In this document: one piece after another, positions 41,301 through 53,600 of the stretch
Layout: each line of letters starts with the position of its first letter
Numbering within the stretch: position 1 is the first letter of the stretch
From: Girardia tigrina
Lineage: Eukaryota
DNA length: 64,000 bases
Assembly (NCBI GenBank): GCA_001938485.1
Contig: MQRK01255124.1
Coordinates: forward strand, 1-64,000
Direction: 5' to 3'
The notes under the pieces: generated by a model
The model's input: the letters and a program-made list of their open reading frames with translations, nothing else
The model's database searches: none
What the model was told of the DNA's origin: nothing
Position numbers and translations under genes: made by a program

Positions 41301-44300
41301 GCTGCGAGAACTGGAGGACAAACGAAGATCATGTCAAGAAGCTAAAAGCATTCCACAACTTGTGCACGCGGCGGACTCTGGGAGTTTCAAAAACTGAACG
41401 AATAAGAATGGATGAATTATCTATTGGGCTGCAAAGTCCGATGGATATTCTAGCACGAAGAAGATTGAATCACAACATCAAAATCGAACTCGGAGATTGC
41501 CCGGAGAACGTCAAACAAGTTTACGAATGTGAACTTATCGGAGGGAAAAAGGTAAGTGGGAGACGCAAACAACATTTGGCTGAATGCCTAAGAGTGGACG
41601 CTAATTGGCTCTTCGGTGACAATTACAGTGTCGGAGAGTTTAAAAGGGATATTCAGCAGGAGAACTTGTCTACAACGGATGCGAAGATGGCGAAAATCTA
41701 CAGAATCAAAAGAATCAACAGAAATGGAGACGAGAAAACACTAAGATTAGTGTTGCCCCGTCTGAAAGAGCACAGCTGCCCGATGGATGCCTGTTACAAG
41801 CAGTATGCAGAGGTGAAGGAGCTAAACAGGCATCTCAGAAGGGATCATGAAGGAGCCGAACCCATCCCGAGGAAACAAAGAGAGAAGAAAGCCCAGCCAC
41901 GACAGAAGAAAGGAATCTACAATTGCCCGCAGTGCCCCAAAGAATACAAAACTGCAGGATTCCTCAAAATCCACATTCAAAAGAATCACAAAGAAGAATC
42001 AGAACAATCCAACGCCCAGCAAGGAGATAATTTGGTCATCGAGAGAGAGGAAGAGCCGACAACAATCCAAACCAACCTTCAATTACCAGACGCAACTGAG
42101 AACACGCCGAGGATTTCTGGGACAGAAGACAACTCTACATATCACCGTGAAGAATCGCCGCACCGACAATACCGATTGCCAGCCAACTATGCAAAAGCAA
42201 AAGGACATTTTCAGTGCCCATTCCGAGGATTTTACGCGTCCACCGTAACCGCCAAAGGTATGTATGGCCATGGCACCAAATTCCATGGCTGGTCTTTAGC
42301 AACTGGAAAACCGATCGTTCGCAGGCAGAAGGACACTGACCCCGTAGGAGGCCTATCGGGGGGCCCTTAAGGACTTTAGTTTGGGTGGACCCTCTAAAGA
42401 GCCTTAGGCTCAATACCATTGAAAGAGATGGGAGGCCCACCACAGGGATCAGGGATCGCTGTGCGGCCAGTTGGCATACTTCTACGTAGTATCCCTGAGA
42501 AACTAGATTTGGTTCGATTCTGTCTCTAGGCTAAAGTGCCCGAAGCTAGCCTTTCATTGCGGAAACAGCCGGCAATGTATCGTATTAGGAATGGGCCAGC
42601 AATCCATTCACTAGGCTACGCTTTTCAATCTGGGTGTGAAGGCAGTGGGGAGTAGTGACCCTGCTGTCGATGGTTGGATTGCATCTTCATGATCTAGGAT
42701 GAATCAATCCCGGTGAAGGGTGTCGTAATGACGTCGTTGCATCTTCGGACTGGCGGAACAAAGGCATGGATCCTAACATTGGGGGAGTGCCCGTTGAAAA
42801 CCATCAGCGTCCCAGGCCTCCTATAAAGCCTCAGGCTTAATACTCGAAAGGAGTTGAGGTGCACCACAGGGATCGGGGATCGACTGTGCGGCCAGATGGG
42901 CTTACTTCTTCGTAGTATCCCCGAGAAACTAGAGTGGGTTCGACTCCTGAATCTAGGCTTAAGTACCCGAAAGACGTATACGTAAGTCGTCTGTAAGATG
43001 ACTTACTTGGCCCGATCGATCGAAGGACACACTAACACTGTGTTGCTCTAATTTAACTCGGTAGTCAGCAAAGGAGTAGAACATTAGTTTCGAGATCCGG
43101 AGCATGACATGTGAGCTTCACTGATATACTCTTCCTGATGAAGTGCAACCTTGAAATGTTTTTTGTTGCACATGATTCGGGTCGTGTTCAGACGGCTAGA
43201 AACGATTTTTTTACACTCTCCTGTGCCAACTGGTTGGGGTTTCTAGTTTGTCAAGGGTATACATTGCACTAGCCAGAAGAAACTAGTACTTGCACGAAGT
43301 GTCCCCGGATAGTGAATTGTTGCATTGTGACAATGGATTGATTTTTTTTCGATCTGTGAAAATCTCGATCAGCCAATGTGAGCATATTGAAATGATTTGT
43401 TTTGCCCGCATTAGCGATTTTTTTTGGTTGAGATCTTTACTGGTCTGATCTATTGAAGCGGTGTGATGGTTCATGAACTAAACTAGGAACGTTATGCGGT
43501 CTGTACCCTCGGATGGTCTGAATTACTCAATGGCAGTAGGTAGTAGCATTTGATATTTATATGGTACTAAATAATTAGTACTAGCTACTACCGGCATTTT
43601 AACTGAGTCACTGTTAAAGAGTAAGGAGGTAAGTTCAAGGTGTCGGTAATCTTATCCTTCCTATTGAAATGTTCTTATTTGGGAGTGGACTGATTGCAAG
43701 CTTTGCAGACCTGGCGTGGAAAGTTGCAGACCTGATCTACTAAATTCGTTAGACCTTGCACAATATCCTGATCAATCACGCTTTTTCTAGATATTGTAAT
43801 CAGTGCCACATAATTGTCACAAAAAAATTAAAAAAAAAGCGGACTTGATAAACAAAAAATAACAAAACATTTCAAATATCATTTATCAAATCACATCTTG
43901 TCGTAACGAATTACATGTCACGTATAATGCATTCAATAACAAAAAACATTTCAAATGAACACAATATACGCGAGTACTCCCCATTTGCCGGTTATTACCA
44001 ACAATTGAGCATAGGCACCCTATATTTTTAAATATTTTTTTAGTGTCGAACTTTTTTTTAATTTAAAACAAAAATTCAATTTTGAAAAATATTTATTTAT
44101 TTTTATTGATTTTTTAATTAAATTTAATGTATTTTTTACTTTTGTAATTGTTAAAAGAATTTTTTTGAAAAAAATGTGACTTTAGTAATTTAAAATAAAT
44201 TTATTAAAATATTTTGATTAAAAATTTGGGCTGGGGTGCTAGGGTGAATGCAGTTGGTTACACAGAGGTGCTACGCACGGTTGTTAAGTAGTTATTTATA

Positions 44301-44579
44301 AGTTGTTATTGTAACGTCATCACTGAGCAATCTGGGGGTCCCGTGAAGCATGGCAAAAATGACTTCGATGACTCTATCCGCGGGCGGTGAGAGAGTTGTT
44401 GGGGACATTACTCGAGTCATAGGGCTTAGCCTGTGGAGTACATTAGTACAAGGGTTGGTCTCAGCACGGAGAATAGTTCCAACTAGTCATTATATATGGC
44501 GCATGGGACAATATTAAAACTCCGGATTCACCACAAGGATAACTGGCTTGTGGCGGCCAGGCGTTCATAGCGACTTGCT

Positions 44580-44622
<43 letters not shown>

Positions 44623-44657
44623 GAATTCACAAAGAGTTGGATTGTTCACCCACCAAT

Positions 44658-44699
<42 letters not shown>

Positions 44700-47600
44700 A
44701 TTTACCGTACTATATAATATACTTTCTACTACTATAATAATATACTTTCACAATTGTACAAAGTGCAATGTATTCATGTTTTAATATAATATAGTGTAAA
44801 GTGAGGCAGAACATACATATGGTATAGCCTAAGCAAAGGGCGAAGCAAGAAAAATATCGAAAATCTGCCTGAACACATGTATAGTAACCCATAGGTAAAT
44901 AGTCGGAATATGATCTTAGATTCTCGAAAAAATCAATAAATAGTGCTTTATTAATATGTTGTGTATAATAGCTGTATAATAGTTGTATAATAGCCTAGGC
45001 ACAGGTCGAAGCAGACGCTTGTGGCCACCAAGCGTTCATAGCGACTTGCTTTTTTGATCCTTCAAGTTCGGCTCTTTCTATCATTGTGAAGTAGAATTCA
45101 CAAAGCGTTGTATTGTTCACCCACCAATAGGGAACGTGAGCTGGGTTTTGACCGTCGTGAGACAGGTTAGTTTTACCATACCATATAAACCGTCATTACA
45201 ATAGTAATTCTGTTAAGTACGAGAGGAACCACAGATTCGGATCACTGGTAAATGTGACCTCAAAAAATGTTGTAACCTCATGCTGTCGCAGACGAGTAAT
45301 TATGTTTGTCGTTGATTACATTCAGATGCGCATCCGTTAGAAATGCAACGTCCTGTTTATCCTGGTTGAACCGTCTTGGCATTGTCTACAAACGATGCCG
45401 ACGTCGGAACAAACAGGATGCCCCTGGATTCACAATAACAATTATGGAACTTTATGGAATTTGTAAGTTCAATTAATTAATTAAAATTTTTAATTAAGGT
45501 TTTTTGTTTTTAGCTTTACTCGAACGGATTTGAAGCAGTGGGACCGGAATCCTGACCCAGCTCATCATCGTGACATGACGGGCTGTGGGCCCCCGCCTAG
45601 ATCAATGTCGATCTGGGTTGATTTTATGTTGTGTAAGCACATATTCTTCTCCAGTGAATGCATCGCTCATGTCTACATGAAATGTGTCGACTGTGAACTT
45701 GTGGCACTGTCGTGTCTGCTTGGTCTAAATTCATGAAAACCATCATTATTATATATGATAAATTAATAATTCTAATAAATTAATAATGAGATGGAAGTGG
45801 AGAAAAGGAAAATTTTAATTATTTTAGATAATGCACCATCCCATCCGAATATCCAACTTTCGGCAATAGAGTTTTTATATTTGCCAAAGAACACAACTTC
45901 CATAACACAGCCATTGGAAATGGATTTGATAAAGGCATTCAAGGATCATTACAAGAATTCTTTTGTTGATTTTTTGGCAACTGAAGAAGATGATTTAAAT
46001 AATGATCCATTTAAAAACATTAATATTAAAAACGCTATTGTTTTTACTTTTATTGCCTGGGAGTTAATATCCAAAGAGTCGATTATTAATTGTTTCAAAA
46101 AGGAATTTTCCAAAAAAGAAGAAACCAACCAAAATTCATATGCTTGAGGAAAATATAGAGGACGTTATTGTTGAGGTTTATGAAAAAAAATTTATCAGAA
46201 CTACTGGAGAAGGAGACCGGAAAAGCTGAAATTTGTGAAAAAGTTCGTTATGATAAACTAAAGCTGGGATGGGAAAAACTTAAAGAATTGGAAAATGTTA
46301 TTGAATATACACCTTTTGATGTTCAAAAAGAATATATCAAGTTTAGAATGCAATTTAATACGCCACTGTCAGATATCTGGGTAGTGGGATGATTGATTAA
46401 TATTCAATATTATTATAATATATATTAAGAACATTAATTGGGTTTTCTTTACATTTATTTATATCACAATTTGAATTATCACTAGAACAATTCTCCGTAA
46501 AACTTGTGTAGCTCGTCATAGTTCTTGATTGATAATCTTTAATAATATTCTTTAACGTCTTATTATTAAAACAAATTTAAGTTACAATTTAATTATTAGA
46601 AAAATAATTTATATTTTAAATTTAAAATAATTTTTATTTATTTTAAGAAATTATTATTAAAATATTATTTATGAAATATTAGTTTAATTTTAAAGTGATT
46701 ATTTAACTTTGAAGAATTGATTAAACAACCCGACGTTTTAAAATATCAATCTTCCATCTGGGTGGGAGAAACACAATCCTAAAACAACATACCAAACAAC
46801 ACACAATAAACACCATTCAAAAATATTCCTCACAATATATATTCAATATTAATTGTTGCTCACAAAATACAGATAATTGTAAGTACATTGTATTTTTAAA
46901 TTTTTTTATAATGTAGCTTTGCTTTTTAGAATCCGCATGAAGTATTCAAAAACTCATCTCCTAAAAGGAAAGAGGCAATGGGTGGAAATGGTGGCAATCC
47001 AAGGAATGCAATTGATACTGTGCTTTCAGATATGAATCTGAGCACCGAAATTCTTCCACACATGCCAAAGAAAAAAAAGAACTTTAACAGAGTAAATTTA
47101 CTAATTAACAGGAACTCCAACATCCAACACAACCACATCCGTGTTTCCAATAACAAAGAAGTATTAAGTATCAATTCATGATTCTGGAGAGGATGATCAA
47201 GACAGAATATTGGCAATAGGCGAGAGAGAATTTCTGGCGGAGCTGGACAAACACTCAATATTTGGGGACGCCATCTTTGACAAAACACTCAATATGCTCT
47301 ATCAGTATGTATTGCATTGATTTCCTTCTTCTGAGAAAAAAATCAAGGGACATATAGAATAATGCTTATTATATTGAAAGACCTTCTTCCAAACTTCTTT
47401 CCTCATAAATTCCTCATTAACTTTGAGAAAGCTCAGGAAGAATTTCCAACAGTTCAAGTGAAAGGATGTGACTTCCACACTTGCCAAAGCTTTGTTAGGA
47501 ATTCTGGATCAGTTGGAATGAAAACTGAGTTTGATTCTGATCATGATGTCAAAGTTAGAATCAAATCAGTAACTGCTGTTACATTTGTTCCACCAAATGA

Positions 47601-50600
47601 TATTTTACATATATTCCGAAAACTTATGCTAGAGATTCCTGATGAGGAGGCTTTCACAATGCCCTTAATGTAATCTTCAACTGCAGTCATCCAAATTGGG
47701 GTTTTTATTTGATGGTCTGCAAAATGATATTGCTTACCATTGACTGACACTTGCTAATGTTCATGCAGGTCTATAAGAGATAAAGAAAAGAAGATATGTT
47801 GAGCTAAATGTTCTGGTTGCTGAGGAAGTACGAAAGTATATTAATGAACCTATTAAGATCAAATATTTGAGAATGGCTAATTTTCAATAATCAATGGAAT
47901 GTATACCATAGTGTTGATAATAAATATTTCTTTCGTGTCTTGTTGATTATTTTATCAATAGTTTTATCGATAATTTAATTTAATTTAATTATTTTATTTT
48001 AGATTTTAAAGATTTAATGATTTTGTTTTATTACTCAATTGTCAATTACCCAATTGTCTGGTTACCATAAAAGATATATTAATATTTGTTTAAAATTGTG
48101 TAATTTGAATAGAGTTATAATCCATATTTTCTTATGTATGATTCAGCTTGCATAATGTATTTATAATATTATTTTATAAATATATTTCCCATGGAATTTA
48201 ATGAGTCAATTTGAGTCTTCTCTTTTAGTTTCAAATTAATCGAAAAACTTGAAAGATCGCTAAATTGAAAAATAATTAAATCTCATATTTCAAACTATAA
48301 ATGCTTAAAATTACTTTAATCTCTAATTTACTCATAGTTTTGCTTGTATTAGTTTTATACACCTGTAAAGGAGTCTGTGTTGAAAACGCCTTTGTATCGC
48401 GATGCCCACGAACATATTTTAGACAAATAACTGTCGGTATTAATTTAGAGTTTCGTATTAAATTTAAGTTTCTCAAAAGCTATTAATATTTAAGTTTGAT
48501 TTTCTATTTGTTTTATAAAAAAAGAATAAAATGTATAATTAATCTAAAATTGGATGAATTATTTCCCACTCTTAATTTTGTTTCTTCCCCTCTGACCAAT
48601 TCCATGTTACAACTGAATTTTAGAAGATCTTCTTTGAAATTGAACGTTTATTTGAATGGATCTAGTTCTAGACTTTGCAGGATGTTGGACAGGAAACCGT
48701 GTCTCCATTATTTTTCTGGACTTTCTCTTGGTCCGCGACTGATCTAATGAATTTCTCAGAAGTATCTTAGTTTCGATCGATTTATTCTCAATGACTCTCA
48801 GATGGTCTTTCTCCAAAATAACCGCATAAAATTTTATTTTTGCATCTCCTCTTTTGTGAATCAAATCTACGAACAAATTGAGCAGCTTGAATTCATTTAA
48901 ATCGGGTAGAAAATAAACAATTTGTTTCGAGTATTTCTCGATATATTTAAACACATTCGATAAATTATTCAATTTAACAACTGTTAGTTTATTTTCCCTT
49001 GGTTTTTTTAGGATTTATTTTGCCATTTATTAATGAATTTTTCGAAAATATATTCAACTAAGAATCGTTCAAGAAAATATAATCTAACTCGTGTTCGAAA
49101 TCACAGAATGCGCACATCGAAGAAATAATGTTATTCGTGTTATTTTTAAAAAATTCAATTAAATTCAACGCTGATTTATTGAGATATTTATTTGAAATTT
49201 TTTATTTTAATAAAATTTTACACTTTTCACGATTGCCAACATTTTTTTCTTTTAAAACATCGAAATTGTTTTCAAATTTTTTATTTCAACTGTCATTCAA
49301 ATTTCAACTCACTTTTTTTTAACCGAAATTGTTTTATTGTGACAACTTTACATTTTTAAATTTAACACACACAATACACATAAAAAACACACATGCATCC
49401 AATTACAATTCATTACACACAAACACACTGCATTCAGACAACACACAAACACAAACACAGTGTCAGATAGAGAGAGAAGAGCCACATATTAATTACATTG
49501 CATTCCAGTACAATGAGGCTCACCATTTTGTTAATAATTTTTACTTTATCGATTTCTTTGAAAACCCATAAATACATTTAAAGATTCGGGATTGGAATTT
49601 TTGAAATATGCCAAATAAATTGTGTAACTCACTATTAAATCAGTATTTCGATCCTTTTGCTAATTTAATTTTTATTTTAATATATTTTATTTAAATTATT
49701 TAATTTTATTTATATATTTTATTTATGAATTCCTGAAACTGGCAAAAATGTTCGGTCAAATCGGCAATTCACCGCTCCAGATGTAAAGTAACGAGCTCAA
49801 AGAGAGTTCTCCTAGCTTTTCACAAATTATTTCAAATTTCAGAGCTCTTTCTTATATACTTGTTCAAATAAACCTCTTCTTACGTGTCCTTAGTAGAACA
49901 ATATCATCGTGGCATTTATTTTGAAATAGTTCAGTTTAAATTCTATAGATATAAATCATAATATCCACAGGCATGTAATATATACACAGTGATGTTTAAA
50001 AGAAAAATAACGAGTGTTACGTGGCGCTTGAGAAGTCAACTGGATTAACCGTTTCTGTCGCTGCTATGAATAAGGCCTCCAAATACAAAAATTGCTGCTT
50101 CTATAGTTTCGAGCCCCCTGACTTGTGAAATATATATGTTTGGATTCTTCAAAAATTGTTACTTGACAGCTGTGGCTTGTAGAGTTATCAACAACGACAG
50201 TGAAGTCTTAGAGACGAAAACCATTTTTAGATTCTGTCCTCCCTAATTTACGTTAATATTTGAAATACAACTTACAGTAATACAGCATTTATATTATAAA
50301 ATAAAGTGTTGAAACGGAGTATACTTTTGTTTTTCGTTCTTTTCTAGTACAATGGACTCTTTGATCCGGCTTTCAATTGACCGAAAACCATAAAATAAGG
50401 GATAATTAATATATTCTGAAACTTTTTATATCCTCTTTTGTATATGTTAATTTACAGTCTGTACATTCTCAACTATGATATTATAGAATTTTATATTAGG
50501 ATCAAAAACAAGAAGCTTTATTTATTGTTAGGATTTTGGAGAATTTTCATAAATTTTTTAATTTTAATATTTAAAATCAATCAAGTAAATTTTGAAAATA

Positions 50601-53600
50601 TTAAAAATATTTCTTAAATTAAAATTTAACGGAAGAAATTTTACAGTAAAAAATGTTTTATAAATTAAAAAATTAGAAAACTTTATAGTTGACAATATTT
50701 TAAATTAAAATCTAAAATGAGAATTTTATTATTGAAGCATTATTATAAAAATGCAAATTTTATAAGAATATAAAATCAAAATGACAAGTTTAGTTTTTTT
50801 TAATGATTTTTTTAAACGAAGATCTTTAAAAAATAAAAACTGGAAAAGTTTAGTTAAAGATTTTTAAAAAAGAAGTTTAAATATTAAAATAGAAATTTTA
50901 TAATTGAAATATTTCTGATATGAGATTTTATTAAATGAATTAAAATGAAATAATTTTAACAAAATCTTTAAAGGATCCAATTTTAATAAGAGAAAAGTTT
51001 ATAAAACTAATTTTTAAAAATTTAAAAAAAGAGAAGAAATTAAATATATACATTTACAAATAAGTTTGAAAAAAATGGCAAATCGTTAAAATTAAAATTA
51101 ACCAATCAATTAAAATGTTTTATATTGTTTATTAATTTAGACGGATTAACCATAATTTCCAGAACAACTGATTTTTAAAGAAAGTTATTTAAATAAATCT
51201 TTTACAAACTTTGTGCTCGGATCTCATTTACCAATGTACATGTTCTATACATTAGAGAGACATCATGCCACCTATGTCAGAAAATCCAGGAACACAGTCG
51301 TAAGGAAAGTGGAAGTAATATTGTTGGACATATTAAACATTGTAAAGGGGACATAAAAACCCATAACTTTAAAATTCTGTGCACTTAATTTAAGAATTAT
51401 TGGGAGAGAGTGATATGTGAAGCGTTATATATAAGCTTTTTGGGTCCTAAAATAAACGTTCAAAATGCACTCTCTACAATTTTATTGATTGTTTTTAAAT
51501 GATTTTTTGACGACATGCTGATTACGTAACTTTCTTTTTTAAAAATCTACTGTTCTGAAGATGACGGTTTATCCATCGAAATTAATAAACAGTTTAAAAC
51601 ATCTTATTTGGCTTGTTAACTTTAATTCATATTTATATTACATTCTTTTTATGCATAAAAAGTTTATGCAAAAGAAAAGTTCTTTCTCCAAAATTTCTTC
51701 GAAAAATATGTTATTGTGTATGAATAATAATGTGTTAAGTATTAATAAAATTTTGAATAATGTCCATTTCCGATTCTTCTTTAAACTAACAAGCATAATT
51801 ATATTCTTTAGTAATTTCGTTTTCTAATGTGATTTTATATATTTTTTAATATTGTGTATATAACTATTGTGTATTCTTGAATCAAATTTTTTGTGTATAT
51901 ATAAATATTTCTATCTTTTGCATTTTCTGAAAGATACAAAATATACCACTTTTTATCACTAAAAGAATGAGTAATTTTCAATTTTTTCTCATCCTCTTGG
52001 GAAGGATTACTGACTAAAATATATATTACCGATTATGTTAATTATTCCAAACATGAATCCAGATTCTGACACTAGAGTTAGATAGGAATTGTCCTTATTC
52101 CCACTCGGTCCCGAAATACAAAGAAGATGGTTATACATGCTTGAAATATTACCTGTAATTTCTTTAATGATTAAATCATAAACATATTACTTACCGAACA
52201 TGCCATAGTTATCGTTTGGTGTATGAAAAACTTGAACCACGAATATTAAGATAATTATAAATATTCCACATGTTGTAAAATATGAAACATAGAAAGTTGC
52301 TCCTAATCCTCCGACTAAAGTCATGCCGGCGACAAGGAAGCAGATTAATATAAGGGACAGTTCCAGAGACTGCTTCTCTACAAGACTCATAAGTACCGCA
52401 CTTCCTCCTAAGTATTAATAATTATTAGAACTTTAAGATATGTTTTTGTGAAGAAAACTTTAATGATTATATTATTTATTATTTATTTATAATAATTAGT
52501 TATTAAATTGATGTTTAAAAAATAAATTATTGAAAATTGAAAATGTTGTCTTTTTTAAATACCTAATTAATTGTCCTAAATGTTTTTTTTCTATTAGGTT
52601 GATACAAACGTTTTGCATCTTTTACTTTGTTAATTTCAAAATGTCATAGTTTTCATAATATTTGTTCGATTTAATTGAAATAAGCACCATTAGAATCAAC
52701 AAATTTTTACAAACGAGTAAAAAGACGAGAGATTCCATCAGCAAAAAATTGGTGGTCAGGATTTGATGAAGTCAACGAAAGCTTCTTTTGCTGTGTCCTG
52801 ATTGGCGAATATCCGATCGTGAAGAAGTTTTCAAGACACTTGAAAACATGAAGAAATATGAAACTACTCAATTTTAGTCCAGTTTGTGCAACGGTATCTA
52901 CTACTCGTTGCAATAATAGATATTTGAACCGGATGTTGATGGACTGATTGCGTTTCAACATTGCCTAATAAAGTATTCTATTCACATCTAATCAAACATA
53001 AAAATTGAGCTTCTTTTGATGTAGATTTTTCTTTCCTGGGGTTGTGCAGAAACTTTTGTATGTTCAGCTTCTTTTGAAGGTCCTCATTGGGTACCTTCTG
53101 AAAATCCAAATGACATTTCTTAACTACAAGAGTCGTTTAGGTGTCTTTACGACGTTGATCAAAGTGATTTGTTGAAGCGGTTTCTTCCACATTTGAGTTT
53201 CAATTTAGCCAATTTTATCTCCAAGATCATCACAGTTAAATCGAAACTGCTATGAAATTATTAACATATTTAAATGTATCAACATCGCTTTTTCAACAAT
53301 TATCTAAAAATTAGACTATTATTATTGCATGTTCACAATCTGATGTTTGCAGATCCACTATTTAAGAAGTTGATTTAACTTTTAAAAAAGATTAAGACTA
53401 AACTGCTACTAGTAAAGCGACAATTGCATGTTGATAGAAGAGGATAAGTAGATGGCTACATGTAGTCGGGGGATGAATTCTGGAAGAAGGAAGGAAATTT
53501 CTCATTTAAGTTATTTTATTGAACAATTAATTCACGTCGTAATGGATAAACTTGGAAGAAACAACACATGACCAAATATGAAATATTCATTTAGCCAGGA

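Larger units (their letters stand above)
38581..42440 (+). mobile_element. Non-LTR retrotransposon, single ORF APE-RT with C-terminal C2H2 fingers (RTE-like), unit 2
   Basis: Flanked by accacagggat at 38570-38580 and 42439-42449; 5' ribozyme; short structured 3'UTR without poly(A). Confidence 0.95.

Noticed and set aside
43125-43165. Hammerhead-like CTGATGA...GAAA
   Set aside because: Stem II is only about 2 bp and no compatible stem I was found.
38303-44531. Group I intron at L2449, or CRISPR-like array
   Set aside because: The target is duplicated between units, there is no terminal omega-G or recognisable P7 core, and the units are retroelements of very unequal length.
45300-45736. Possible spliced gene fragment (50-nt GT-AG intron at about 45463-45512)
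   Set aside because: No recognisable protein and no start or flanking exons could be supported.
48607-48972. 121-aa minus-strand ORF (also 54501-54875)
   Set aside because: No recognisable motif. The second is partly MITE sequence. No product can be supported.
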